A stretch of 63,788 nucleotides of DNA, filler included, from Cercozoa sp. M6MM (lineage: Eukaryota; Protista; Endomyxa: Ascetosporea), in assembly GCA_040357565.1 (NCBI GenBank). It is 12 parts of 12 records of this genome, joined end to end, with 100 filler letters (N's around TTAATTAATTAA, not from the genome) between each part and the next. Parts side by side here need not be neighbours in the genome. Positions count along the whole stretch, not along the records: positions 20,909 to 24,544 come from JBDODJ010001374.1; positions 24,645 to 29,646 come from JBDODJ010000996.1; positions 29,747 to 30,795 come from JBDODJ010002204.1; positions 30,896 to 37,026 come from JBDODJ010000783.1; 8 more parts are not named here. One strand, written 5' to 3'. The notes beneath the pieces are model-generated. The model did no database searches. It was not told the origin of the DNA and saw only the letters and a program-made list of their open reading frames with translations. The translations under genes and the position numbers were made by a program. Positions within the stretch are counted from its first letter, which is position 1. The number at the start of each line of letters is the position of its first letter. Positions 23,174 to 36,097 of this stretch are shown here, one piece after another.

Positions 23174-24541
23174 CTAGCCCATGACGACGGGCGAGGCACG
23201 CGCGAGGCGCTCCGAAAGCTGCTTGTTACGCTGCTCGAGCATGCGCACCTGACGCTCGTGCTTCTTGAGCGCCATGCGCATCGACGACGTCGAGCCTTCG
23301 ATGGCGAGGCGCTTCTGCTGCTCCTCCGAAAGCTGCTGCGAGAGCTCGAAGTTTTCCTCTTCGAGCTGCGTGAGCTGCTCCTCCTTGGCGGCCAGGTCGG
23401 CCGAGAGCTTCTCCACCGAGCGCTCCATGTTCTTGGCCTGTCGATAGTGCAACACATAGAGGGAGCAACAGATAGGGAGGGCAGGAGTTACACTCGAGGC
23501 AGTCGTCATCTTGCCGAGGTTGGCGGTGCGCTGCGCCTCGGACACGGCGAGGTTGCTCTGCGCGAGCTGGTCCTGCGCCTCGGCGAGCTCCTTGGTGAGC
23601 GCCACGATCTGCTCGTTGAGCTCGGCGATGCTGTCGGCGTACTCCTGCTCGCTCTCCTTCTTGGAGTCCTCGAAGAGCGACATGTTGGTCTTGAACTCCT
23701 CCTCGGCGGCCGCGAGCGCCGCGTCGAACTGCGTCTTCTGCGCGCCGAGACGCTCGTCGAGCTTGTCGCGCTGCGTCGTGACGCGCGCCAGGTCGCGCTG
23801 CGCTGCCGCCAACGCCTTGCTCTCGCCCTTCTCGGCCTTCTCGAGCTTGAGCTTCAGCGTGTTGCGCTCGCGCTCCAGCGTGCGCAGCGACAGCGTCGCG
23901 TCGCTCGCCTTGCCCTCGGCGTCGCGCTGTAGCTCGGCCGCCTTCTCGGCCGCCTCGCGCAGCTCCGACACCTCCGTCTGCAGCGACTCGGCCTCGGCCG
24001 TCTTGTCGGCCACGGCCGCCGCCAGCACCTCGTCGAACGAAGCCGCCTGCTTCTGCTGCTGCTGCATGAACGCGTCGCGCTGCTCGTCCAGACGCTTCTG
24101 CAGCGCCTCCTGCGCCTTCTGCGCGCGCTCCAGCTGCTTCTCGACACGCTGCGCGTGCACCGAGCCTGCTCACACATCACTCAACTCATGCTCACTCAAG
24201 CTTCGCGAAAGCCTTGCTTTGATTTCGAAATTTCGCCAAAAGCTTTGCTTTGATTTCGAAACTATTGCGGAGCGGAGTACCGTTCTTCTCGAGCTGCTCG
24301 ATGCGCATCTGCAGGTTGTCGCACTCCTGCTTCTGACGGTTGAGCGCGTCCAGGAGATCGCGAATCTTGTTGTCGCGCTCGGCGAGCTGAGCGTCCTTGG
24401 CGTCGAGCTCGGCCTGCAGCTCGGCGATCGTGTCCTCGTAGGCCGCGTCGGACGAGGTGCGAGCCTCCAGCAGGTGGTTCAGACGCGCCAGTTCGCGCTC
24501 CTTCTCGGCGTGCTTGAGTTCGGCATCCTTCACCTTGCCTA
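23174..24541 (-). CDS. Long coiled-coil protein (5' truncated)
   Basis: E/Q/A/K/L-rich heptad pattern across ORFs 24192-24533 and 23174-24160, with strong GC3 codon bias. Confidence 0.8.
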
Positions 24542-24683
24542 CTTNNNNNNNNNNNNNNNNNNNNNNNNNNNNNNNNNNNNNNNNNNNNTTAATTAATTAA
24601 NNNNNNNNNNNNNNNNNNNNNNNNNNNNNNNNNNNNNNNNNNNNAAGGGGGTAAGGTGAAGAAAAGAAGAGGGGTTAAAGCTA

Positions 24684-25484
24684 CGCCAAAGGCCTCGGGC
24701 GACTCGTATTTGAGGTTGTAGCGTCGCATGTGGTGCACCGAGTGTGCCGGTCCGTTGAGGATGTCGTACACCTGTGGGGATAGGCAGGTTAGACAGGGAG
24801 AGGAGGTAAGGGGGTATAAAGGAGGGAGTAGGGGTGAAAGGGTAGGGATAAAGCGGAGGGTAAAGACGGTGTACCTGATGCCACGTGATGTCCTCAGTGC
24901 CTTTGAATTTCAAAAGTTGCCGCGTGATTTGCTTGGCGCGCAACTGCACGGGGGCCCCCGCCCCCCACAAAAGAAAATAAAGAAAGGGAGTAAAGAGAAA
25001 GGAGCAAAAGTCTACCACTTCGTCCTGTGCGTCAGCTTCGCCACCGCCAGAGCCTTGGCGCGAGAAGATACCGGCCAGGTGCATGTTGGCGTACTGCACT
25101 CAGAGAGAGCGGGTAAGGCGGGGGTAAGACGGGGTAAAGGGGTGCCAAAATTACAAATCTCCGGCGCCTCATTTCGACCTCGTAGTGTGGCAATTTTCGC
25201 GGTTGTCGCTCCAGCTAAGATTGATGTACATCACACACTCTCTCCAAAGTGAACCGGTGGTTACAGCGCGCGGTACCATAAAGAGCGGCTTATTCAAATA
25301 CTTGGCACGCGCTTCATCAAAGCCCTGACACGAAGCAATACTCACAGGGCAACAAACGATGGGAATCACAGGTGCAACAGCCTACGGCATCGGGTTGCAG
25401 GATCTTCTCGACACGTGAGACAACCCTCGTTGTCCGCTCGCCCTCGCGACTCGCGATTTTTAGCGCTTCAGGACTGCCCTCCAT
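24684..25484 (-). CDS. Hypothetical multi-exon protein (3' truncated)
   Basis: MEGSPEALKIASREGERTT..., GFDEARAKYLNKPLFM, QYANMHLAGIFSRQG, VYDILNGPAHSVHHMRRYNLKYESPEAFG, separated by C-rich introns. Confidence 0.5.
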
Positions 25485-26249
25485 GGCAAATGCACGAACT
25501 GTCACACACGCACACCCACTGGTGAGATCGCGCAATCGAGGCGTCGAAAGAGTACAGTGTCCTTGTCCAACAACAAAATTTGTAAAAAAATAAAAGAAAA
25601 CGACCACTTATAAACAATAGATAACTGGTCTCTCCGCTTTAATGCTGCAATTTTACAGCATCCTACTGCAATGTGGCCTCTGGCGTGCGGAAGCCCAAAA
25701 CATACACATTTTCTCGTTCTTCATTCCGCGCTGTGCTCAGACAATGCCTGCGTCCGCATGTTTAATTTGTATCGCTCAATGCGGGCCATGCGGAAACCGC
25801 CTCGTTCATTTGTTACTCCGCACTTTCAGTAGTCATTGCTTTGGGTCATAATCCATGTCTCGACCAAGTTTTAAGTTGGAGGATTGAGAGAAGTTGTAAG
25901 TGTTTTGGCTTGATCTTGTCTGGACAGAGTCCTTGCAGAGAAGCAGAAAGCTCCGTAACGGCTTCAACCTGGCGGAGATTTTTCTTATACGCGTTGTTAC
26001 GACCAAGGACGTCTTCCTTCGGTCGAGATCCAGTGGGATCACCTCGAGACCCAGTAGGGATATTTCATCTTCAGTTCTAACGTTGACTCAACTGAGTGAC
26101 GACTTATCTAACTTAATGGTTTATTTAGTCTCTCCTTTCCATCATGGATGGTTATGGCTGCTGTCTAGTGTCGATTCGATCGTTGGAGCTTACTGTACAA
26201 GTAAGTGAAGATATAAGTGAAGATACAACTGGCATCTCCGAAACACTTT

Positions 26250-28060
26250 TCAGTTCTTCAGTTTTGAGTTCAGACTCACTTTAGAGTGCTCGAACGGCCA
26301 GACTGATGACATCATGCATCTGAGCAGGCCGCAGGAAGTAATTAGAACTCCCCAGCTTGCCCTCCCGACTCCCCAAATCACTTTCTCTGAAACAGGTACC
26401 AGTGCACTAGCACTAAAGGTGGCCTCGGCGCCGTTGGGCTCCAGTGAGTCCAGCGTCCCAAAAGCCAAGTGCTGCAGCCTCAGGTGGCACGGTACAGGAG
26501 AAAACGAGAAAGAAGGGAGAGAAGGAAAAACTGAAGGTACGACAGAGAGACGCGAGATGACTTCAGCAGCGCTGTCGATGACGGCGTCGCGGCGCTCTTC
26601 TTGTTTCAACTGCTGTTGCACGTCCTGCAGCTGGTGTACTGTATTGTCAGGGGTATTTGTTGAACTTGGCAACAAGATACGTTCACACTTTGTACCGAGA
26701 TCCATGGCGAATAAACGAGTGGCAGTAGCGACGTCGCCAAACTCGTCCTAATGCATGCATGTGGAGGCAGGTAAAAATTAGTCACGAAGAAAGAGAAACT
26801 AGAGCTACCTGTCGTTCCTTGGACTTCTTAAGTACTTTCTCCAGCACTGGCTACAGGAAGAAAGTGTCTATTAGTGCCGTCTCGTTGACCTGTTAGAAAT
26901 AGTACCAGAGCAATAGGAGTGACACCACCGACTTCTCCACTGTCCAAAGAGAGAGAGGGAGAGAACTGAGGGTAGGGTACAGCTGGTAGGAAGGGGAAGG
27001 ATAGAAGCAGACACCTGCGAGTGTGCTGTCGCAGCAAGCGTTGCGCCAGGTGTGCCAAGTGCCGTCGCATCGGTCCGTGTGTGTCCTGCAGAAGCTTCTG
27101 CCACAACATTCTGTCGCCTGGAGGAACAGGAAGTGGTACGAGGGGGAGGGGTCAGCACGCATGAGACTACCTGCTGTGTCCCCAAGCACTCGACCAATCC
27201 GCGCGAACGTCATTAGAAACGCCGTCGACGCTGTCTGCAGCACATGTGTCACCAGTCGCGGGGTCACCTAAGGACACAGGGTATATAACAGGTAGGGAAG
27301 CTACAGCAGAGAGAGAAAACAAGAGCACGAGAGGCGACTGACGCAGCTCTCGCAGCAGTTTCAAACGTGCGTCGCCGCTGAAATAAACACTCGGATACAT
27401 GGAGAGAGTGCGCAAGGGGGAGGGGTAAATACCGCGCATCAAGTTTCATGCTCTTGCGCAGTTCCTTTGAACTTTCGACGGCATTGTTTCGCAGCCCTAT
27501 GGGTGCTCTCCCGGTACAAAAAAGCTGTCGCAGCTACTCAAAAGGTTCAGTACACTTGATGAACTCCCGCATGTCCGACAAGAGCGTCGACGTGTCCATC
27601 TGTGCGCACACAATGAAGTGTACCACCTCCAAGTACTAAACTTGTGACCTACATCAGTCATATGTTCCTTCAGGGCACCCGAGACGTCGGCCAATGCATC
27701 AGCGAGTGCCTCGTTGATGTCCTATGGTAGATTGCGTTACTGTACTTTTCGGTAGTTCTTTGAGAGTGTACTTGATTGACAGCGAGAGACACACGCAGAC
27801 TCGCAACGGCAGCTTTCAACTCGTCCTCTTCCTGTGGGCAGTGGTGCGTGAGAGTAGGGAGGGAACAAAGAACAGTCCTGCACCTCAGCCTCGAGCACAT
27901 CATCTAGCGTATTACTCAACTCCTGCGACAGCACCTCGGCCACATCAGCTGCCTTGCGACAGCCCTGTGTACACTCTCGTCGGATCCAGTCAAAATCCGC
28001 TTAAAAAACCACTCAAAGTGCGCCGGGAAGGCTGAAAATACTATCGCTATGTCGCCGTAC
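26250..28060 (-). CDS. Hypothetical alpha-helical multi-exon protein
   Basis: Exon-like segments (VAEVLSQELSNTLDDVLEAE, EEDELKAAVASLRVSL, GDARLKLLRELRQ, QLQDVQQQLKQEERRDAVIDSAAEVISRL) separated by GT-AG introns; boundaries approximate. Confidence 0.45.
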
Positions 28061-28759
28061 ACGGGCGAAAACGAAGCGCGCAACTTCAAGAATTTAGCAG
28101 AGCGCAAAAAGTCCGCCACTTCATGCGAATCCTTTCACATGTGTGCACAGTACTGCGCAAGGCAACCTCCAAAACAACAACAAAATACCCTGGCTACGCC
28201 GGCAATATGCTGCGCCTGCAGTTCCTCACTTTCTGCGATTGAGGTTTACTGAATTCTATTGTGGCCAAATACGAAAATTACGCGCGTCTTCTTGTGCCAC
28301 TGCTAGAGACAGAAGCGCTAGCACACACCACACCCGGCAAGTCATCTCGATTCTGAATGGTCGAAATCTTCGTTCCTTCCGACCCCACACTTTACCTTTG
28401 TGCGAACAAACGGGAAAATTGAAAGCAGCGAATGCGCGTGCACATGTGTACCGCTCGACTTCGACTTGGTTAGAAAAAGCAGAGAAAGAAAGCGCAACCC
28501 GAGCTGTTCAAAGCCAGCGTGTGGCGTCCGGCGTGACGTGACGCCGAGACCGGGAGAGCGCCAAAACGCGGGAAGTGCTGTTGCTTCGATCACTCTGATG
28601 CGGTCCAACCAGCTGTAAACTTAAATGGGGGACAGAGTCAATATTGTTGCGTGGACTGACTTTTCAACAACAACACAACAACTAAAAAAGTTGTTTCTCG
28701 CCGAAGTCAGTCAAAGCACAACTTAGTGCCATTAACGTGTGCACACGTGTGTGTTGACA

Positions 28760-29516
28760 ATGGAAGAGGCGATTCTGGCAAAACAGAGCGCGCTGCGCGA
28801 GTCGCCTTACCCGGTACAGTCGGCCAAGTGGGCTCATGTGGCACTTGGCGGTGTTTGGTGGTGACCTGACGGTGAGTACAGTTTGACTGAACGGTGCGAC
28901 TGTGCAGATGCTGGAGTACGAGGAGGCACTGGATCAGGTGCTTAAGGCGGCGACAGAGGCGCGCAAGGCGGGCGCTGTCGAGGTGTGCGCGATCACACCG
29001 TCGAACGCGCTGTCGCTGTTGGGTCGCGTGTTGGCACGTGAGGTGCGATCACGTGCGACGGTTCCGACGGTGCCGACCTCACTGATGGACGGTTACGCCG
29101 TCACTTCCGAGACGATCGGTCGCGACACGGTGCTGACGGTGCGACACGATCTGCGCAGTCTCGCCGGGCACTCGCCTGCGGTACTTCCACCCGTTTACCC
29201 CCCTACCCCTCTTACCTCCCCGTTTATACCTCCCCCGTTTTGTACCTCCTTTTACGCCTCGTTTACCTCCCTTTTACCTCCCCACGAACAGGGCACACTG
29301 CAGCCGCACGAGGCGGCGTATGTCGCGACGGGCGCGCGACTGTGCGACGGTGCCACCACGGTGATTCCAGTGGAGCACGTGCACGTGGTCACTCGCAGTG
29401 ACACTGACGGGGTTGCTGAAACGATCAAAGTGACCACTGAGTCACCGATCACTGCTGGTCGACACGTGCGTCTGCCTGGCACTGATCTCGCCGAGAACGA
29501 CGTCGTTGCGCATGCT
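28760..29516 (+). CDS. Molybdopterin molybdenumtransferase MoeA / gephyrin E-domain (CNX1E-like), 3' truncated
   Basis: RESPYP|MLEYEEALDQVL, LGRVLAREVRS, PTSLMDGYAV, AAYVATGARLCDGATTVIPVE, GRHVRLPGTDL. Confidence 0.92.
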
Positions 29517-29768
29517 GTAGTTTTACCCCCCCCCTGCCACCCCATCCTTTTAACCTCCCTCTTATTTCCCTACTCTCTTTATTCCATTCGCCCCCTCAAC
29601 CCCTCTTACCTCCTTTACCCCCTCTTACCTCCTTTACCCCCTCTTANNNNNNNNNNNNNNNNNNNNNNNNNNNNNNNNNNNNNNNNNNNNTTAATTAATT
29701 AANNNNNNNNNNNNNNNNNNNNNNNNNNNNNNNNNNNNNNNNNNNNGGGGGGGGGGGGACTAAATACC

Positions 29769-30770
29769 TGCAGGTGGTATCGCAGAGCACGTGTGGACGA
29801 CTACAGCCACACATCACGGGGTAGGAAGGGGGTAAAGGGGTGGCGGGGTAAAGTTACCTGTTCCACCAGTGTGCACAACGAGGTCAAAATCGCGCCCAGC
29901 AGACTTCGCGGCACCTCTAACCAGGGGTGGGGGTAGGAGGTAAGGGGGTAGTGGTAGGGGTAAACTACCAGTGGAGGCCGCAGTGGTGGCCAGCCACTCC
30001 TGCTGCACCGCCAGCATCTCCTGCACCTGAAGCACATCGCGTGCCAGCACGGCCTGCACCACCGTCAGCGGCACGCCGTTGCGCTGCACGCGCGCGTTGC
30101 GGAACACGTGTCCGATACTCCTGAAGGGGAGGGGTAGGGAGCTGGGGGGGGGGGGGGTAAAGACCACCAAAGCTACCGAGCAACACTGCCGATGGTGCCG
30201 AGATGCGACTCAGCCGCCATGTGACTCACCTACACACCAAGGGGATAGGGCCGTAAGAGGGGGGTAAGAGGGGTAAGACGAGTATGGGAGGTCTACCAGC
30301 AGTGATAACGAACGACGCACGATTTCGCCGGCAACGTTCGCGTCCATCGCACTCACACCTGGGGGCAGGGGTAGGAGGTAGAGGGGGCGCGGCCCCCCCC
30401 AAGTCTGCAAACCATTGACGGGAATGACGCCGCGCAAGGCTAGTTCCGAGAAGGCGACCAAGGCATGACATCCCGCGCCGCGCAGCTCCTCACCGTCACG
30501 CGCATCCACACTGAGGAGGGGTAGGGAGGGTACATGGGTAAGAGGTAGGGATAGGGAGTGGGGGGTAAAGGGGACTAGGATACCTCATAGCATCGGCGGC
30601 CGCATTGATACTGCCCACGTGACAACACACAAACCGTCACTCACACTGACACACTGACACTGGGTGACTGGGCGACACGTGTCAGCACCCCCTTAACAAA
30701 TACAGAGACTACCTCTGCTCCAACAGCGCGCCAATGTCGAATCCCTGCACGCGCAGACCTTCCTCGGCAC
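29769..30770 (-). CDS. Internal fragment of a hypothetical helical-repeat protein
   Basis: GC-rich exons (DARDGEELRGAGCHALVAFSELALRG, IGHVFRNARVQRNGVPLTVVQAVLARDVL) between C-rich introns; both ends cut by linkers. Confidence 0.45.
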
Positions 30771-30910
30771 TGCACCGGGGAGGGGGGGGGGGGGGNNNNN
30801 NNNNNNNNNNNNNNNNNNNNNNNNNNNNNNNNNNNNNNNTTAATTAATTAANNNNNNNNNNNNNNNNNNNNNNNNNNNNNNNNNNNNNNNNNNNNCTCCT
30901 CTTCCTTCAG

Positions 30911-33900
30911 GCAACATATTGGGACCGCATTTGCGAACGCTTCGTCTACGATGCCGAGTTGGTATAGTCTTTACCTCCCTCTCCCTACTCCTCCCTTAAC
31001 CCCTCCCTTAAATATCTTAACCCCTCCCTTAACCCTCCCTTAACTTCCTCCCTTAACCCCTTGGTCAGGCCGGTCTGTACGTGCGAATCTCATGGTCGGA
31101 GACGCAAGGAATCGAGGTCAATCTCGACGGCTTTGATGACAAGATGGTGTGTTTGTGTCTTTACTCCTGACGCATCTTTACCCCCTCCCCGTTACCCCCC
31201 TCCCCCCGTGCAGCCTTCGTTGCTCCAGTCGGTGTTGGAACAACTGCGACTCATTGCGGATGTAGGCTTCAATGTCCATCTTATACGTATATGTATATAT
31301 GTATATTTGTATATGTATATATGTATATTTGTATATGTATATATGTATGCATATGCATCTATGTATATGTATATATTGCATATCTATCTGCTGTTGTATC
31401 CGTGCATTTGTGTGCGTATCTCTATCTTCTATCTGTATAAATTATATATATATATATATATGCCCAGTACACTTTTATCCATATATATCTCTACATATAT
31501 ATATATATATAGATCTAGATATATATATATATATATATATAGATCTATACCTGTATTTACACACACCTGTATAATTTCATACACCAATACATGTGCGCGT
31601 GCATGTGCGCAGTCGACCAGCGTGCAGGCGGCGGCGGCGCAGTCGCTGCAGAGCGTGCTGCAGTACCTGGCCAACGCCGACGCGCGGGAGCCGCATGCGC
31701 AGGCGCGCAGTCTCCGCGCGGCCGCCCTGCTGCGACCGTCCGCGCGGACGCAGCAGCGTATGCAGGCGGCGCAGTACCTCGCTGATCTCGGTACGTGTCT
31801 GTGCACCTGTCTCCATATGTACCTGTCCATATGATCCATATGTACCTGTCCATATGTACCTATCCATGTACCTGTCCATATGTACCTCTCCATTTGTACC
31901 TATCCAAATGTACCTATCCAAATGTACCTATCCAAATGTACCTATCCATATGTACCTGTCCACATTGTACAGAGCGACATGGCCGATTGGACGCGATGCT
32001 GCAGATGCGCGCACGTGACCTCTGCACGCGTTTGCGTGCCAAGATGCGTATACTACCTCTACCCTTACCCCCACCCTCTCCCCCTTTACCCCCCACCCAT
32101 CTCGACGCAGTTGTGGTGGGCAACACGTCGAAGGAAGTGGCCGTCAGGATCGCTGATGTACCCTTACCCCTGACCCCCTGTACCCCTTTACCCCCCCCCC
32201 CCCGTGGATAGAGCGTGGTGCAAGTGCTGCAACCGACGAGCAGAGTGGAGCACTCGCTGAATCTGAGCCGACGTACTGCAGCTCTTGTGTCCTGATTGGA
32301 CGGGACATGTGTGTACATGTGTGTACATGTGTACATGTGTGTACATGTGTACATGTGTACAGGTGTTGTGGACTACGCCGTGGACACGCAGCTGCGTCTG
32401 CCGGTGCCCAAGTCGGACGAGCCGAATTCTTGCGTCATCGCGTCCTTCCCGGTGGCGCACATGTGCGACTACACGTATGCCCTCCTCTTACCCCCTACCT
32501 CTCTCTTACCTTCCCTACGCCCCACCTCCTTCTTACCCCCTACCCCCTACCCCCCAGTGAGTGGGCCAAGTGGTACCTGATCTCGACAATTGCGAGTGAA
32601 CACGCGTTCGATCAACTGCGCACCAAGTGAGTCGGTCCATTTGTACCCAGTGTGTGTGTGTGTGTACATTTGGACCGTACGTTTGTACAGAGAGACACTG
32701 GGCTACACGGTCGGCGCCGGTCTCGTGCGACTGCACAATCGTGTACCTCCTTCCCTCCTCTATGTATACTGATGTATATGCATGTATATCGATGTGTGTC
32801 TGTTGCAGTACTTCTTCCAAGTCTACGTGCAGTCCAAGTAACCTTGTTTCTTGGGGAGGGGTAAACGGGGGGGGTAACGAAGACGTGTCTCTAGTTCCAA
32901 GGACGCCGTCTACCTGGACGACCGCGTGGAGGCGTGGCTGCTGCTGTTCGCGCAGTCGCTGCGACTCATGTCGGCCGACGACTTTGCCGCACACCACCTG
33001 GGTGCGTGCCCTGCTTGCCCTGCCCTCCTGTTTGTGTACATTGTATATGTGTATATGTATTTGCTATGTACATGTATATATGTATATGTATTTGCTATGT
33101 ACATGTATATATGTATATGTATATATGTATGTATGTATGTATATTTATATATGTATATGTATAGACATATATATATATATGTATATGTAATAATGTATAT
33201 GTATAATTATATATGTATATATGTATATATATGGATATGAATATATGTATATGTATATTATATGCACCTATATGTATCTGCACCCATATGCATATATATC
33301 TGCACCTATATGTATGTATGTGGCAGGTGCGGTGACATCGGCGTTGGCGCGACACACGAAACTGAGCGACGAGGCCTCGACCTACTGGATCAACATTCGT
33401 ACTTTACTCCCTACCTTACCCCTACCCTCTACCCCCTTTACCCCTACCCCTACCCCTACCCCCTTTACCCCTACCCCCCCCCCCGAGACAGAGCGAGAGA
33501 CCTACACGTTCGACCGGTCGCGTCGCATGGCGCACGTGCTGTGGCACACGGTCACGCAGCAGCAGGTGGCCGACGCCGTGCGCGCGCTGGTGAGCGACCG
33601 CGCGGATGACGACAGCACAAACAATAACAAGGAAAACAACAACAGGGGTAGGCGCCGCTTTGCCGTACTGCTGCAGTCGCAGGTGCCGGCCGAGCAGCGC
33701 GCTCTCCTGGCCGCCGACGACGCCGACGCCGCCGACTCCATGCTGCCGTCCTGTGTACCCCTACCCTCTGCCCCCCCCCGACCCCCTACCCTACCCCCTG
33801 CCCTACCTCTACCCTACCTACCTGCCCCCTACCCCTACCCTACCCCCTACCTGCCCCCTGTAGCCCCAGGAAGCCGAGGAGGACAAGCGGCACGCCGAGT

Positions 33901-34061
33901 ACCACGAGGATCGACTGCACGCGCACGACAACGCCGCCGCGCCGCCGACGCTGCCGCCCGTGCCGCCGCGCGCCGTGTCGCCGCGCCTGCTGACGTCGGC
34001 GCCGCAGCTGGACGCCTGGCAGGCCGCGCAGCCGCTCGCGCCGGCCGCACCGACCCATTGA
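30911..34061 (+). CDS. Insulin-degrading enzyme / pitrilysin-like M16A metallopeptidase, C-terminal half
   Basis: YDAEL|AGL, GIEVNLDGFDDKM, VVVGNTSKE, EPNSCV, SEHAFDQLRTK|ETLGYTV, VYVQS, YLDDRVEAWL, KLSDEASTYWINI, YTFDR; stop TGA 34059-34061. Confidence 0.88.
31262..33326. repeat. Introns of the IDE-like gene expanded by micro- and minisatellites
   Basis: (TA)/(TATG)-rich tracts at about 31280-31545 and 33035-33320; about 14-bp ATGTACCTRTCCAW tandem units at about 31815-31960; TGTACATG repeats at about 32305-32360. Confidence 0.9.
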
Positions 34062-34438
34062 TTTTCAGTCGCCCGTCCTGCCTCAGCGACGTTGCTGATA
34101 GTGCGAGTTTAGGCGAGTTTAGAGCCCTGTTTTCTGCAGCCGTGTTATTCGCGTCCGCCTGCCACTTTAAAATGTCACGACTTCGTTTGGCTTGTTTAAC
34201 TAACGTTTTTACTGCCTATACAACAGAAGCAAAGTGGGCAGCACTTGGCTATACATACTTCTAGTCTGTTTAGAGCTTGTTTTAGCAGTTTTCTTAAGGG
34301 AACATGCTGTTCTGGTCCGCGGACCGCATAACATTGGGCGTGCGCGTACTGTTCTGCTACTCCACGCCACCCCGCCACTCCATTGCGTCAAAAATCGACA
34401 GTACTGCAACAAGAACAGGTTCGAGCTAAAATCGCGCC

Positions 34439-34900
34439 ATGATTCAGCTCGCTGTTCGGCGGAGCCAATTCACGCGCCGTGGGTTTGATGGTATTTTTTA
34501 CTTTCCCAACTCACTGTTTTTTCTCATAGTGCCTGTTTTGATAACTAAAATTGCTGCTGTGCCAGCCGGAGACGTCTTCTCTTCTTCGGAACCGCGGCGT
34601 GTGCAAATAAACTTCGACGACTGGCTCAACTCCACAAATGCCAAGCTGTCGCAATTCAAGCTTTCGAGTATTTATTTCGGTGTTTACATGGTGTTACCTC
34701 GTCAAACAGAATGGAAAGAAGAACTCAAAGAGTTGACCGAAGGTACTGTGAACTTATTGTACCGCTCACTGGCTCGCCATCTTGTTGCAATTTTCTGTTT
34801 GGTCTCAGGATTCAAAACTGAAATGAGAGCGTCGTTTTTGGTCAAGAACGTTCAAGCAGTTGAACACCCCACGGTTTTGAGTGGTACAATTGTATCCTAG
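34439..34900 (+). CDS. Small hypothetical protein (spliced, boundaries uncertain)
   Basis: 153-codon open frame containing probable introns; no homology recognised. Confidence 0.25.
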   Translation: MIQLAVRRSQFTRRGFDGIFYFPNSLFFLIVPVLITKIAAVPAGDVFSSSEPRRVQINFDDWLNSTNAKLSQFKLSSIYFGVYMVLPRQTEWKEELKELTEGTVNLLYRSLARHLVAIFCLVSGFKTEMRASFLVKNVQAVEHPTVLSGTIVS

Positions 34901-35110
34901 CCTCCCTCACCGCGTTCTTTACATTTGGTGGAATCCAATGGCAGCACCGAAGAGGATCGATGGCCCAAGAAGATATCCCGCCGAGTCACGAAGCCGGCTA
35001 GAAACGAAATGTAAAATGCTGTCGAGTACCTTAACAATTTATGTTACTGCCATTGAAAACACCCGCAATCAATCAAAGTAAATTACTCAGCTATTACTCG
35101 AACTACTCAA

Positions 35111-35806
35111 CTATTGCTCGAACGGAATTACTCGACAAATGTACTCGATGTCGTAGGCGTCTTCAATGACGAAGTCACCGTCGTGGTCGTCACGAGGGTC
35201 AGGTTGCTCGTCGTTGTGCTTATTTTGAGAATCAGGCTGCGCGCTGCCCGGCGCATCGCCTGCGTCATCGATGTCACTGTCGACATCCTCGATGACCTGT
35301 GCAGCCCGTATCACACGATCGCGACGTACACACAATAAAAAACTACACGACTCTACCTTCAACGCAGCGCGTCCACTTGACTCCAGATTGTCCATGTTGC
35401 ACGACAGGGAGCTCGTCTATACAGCTGCGAAGAGTGAATATCTGTTGATACTCAATCGCACAGTACATGATGTCCAGAAGGCGGACTAAGCGAAGCAGAA
35501 ACTCGTCTCGGTCCAGGCAAGTGCAACGAGCCTTGAACGCGAGGAAGATGTCACGCTGATTCTTGTTCATCACGGAGGTGGCAGTTGCTGTCATCCAAAG
35601 ATTCGTTTTGCGATGCTTCGCGGTGTGCACAATGGATGCAGCTCGGTATAACTATAGAACCTCGATGACAGACGCTCGTGCGCTCGCCGATAAATTGCAG
35701 ACGCGGAAGAAAGTTCCGCCCGCGAAGCCGCGACTGTGCCGACCTCACATGTGGTCAACTGCGCAAGTCGGTCTTTTGTTCGCGAGTATCGTGGCGAACA
35801 TAGCAT
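35111..35806 (-). CDS. Hypothetical protein with acidic C-terminus
   Basis: Exon-like ORFs (NKNQRDIFLAFKARCTCLDRDEFLLRLVRLLDI; VIEDVDSDIDDAGD...DFVIEDAYDIEYICRVIPFEQ*). Confidence 0.45.
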
Positions 35807-36097
35807 TGAATGTACTCAGACTGGCTTTAAAATTATGAGCCTTTGTTTGCAATCGATGTTCGCGACTGTGCAATAGCTGCACTCATAGCATACCATGAAA
35901 AAAAACACGTACAATTGCAACAAAGGTTTTGAGAAATGTCAGATTCCGGGATCAACATAACGCAGAACGCGAGTTGACGCACCAGAAACGCAAAAAATGC
36001 ACAAAAATTCGTACCCTTAATTATCAAAGTTCGCCAGCGAGGAGCTCGGATAGCATTGTAGGTGGATGTGGCGTGAGTAGATTCGCAAATAGACTCG

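Noticed and set aside
31061-33355. ORFs rich in YIYI, CVCV, HTHT or poly-Pro
   Set aside because: These are translations of intronic microsatellites and C-rich tracts.
33400-33490. Telomere or chromosome end
   Set aside because: The CCCTA-like repeats are degenerate and lie inside GT-AG introns of ordinary genes.
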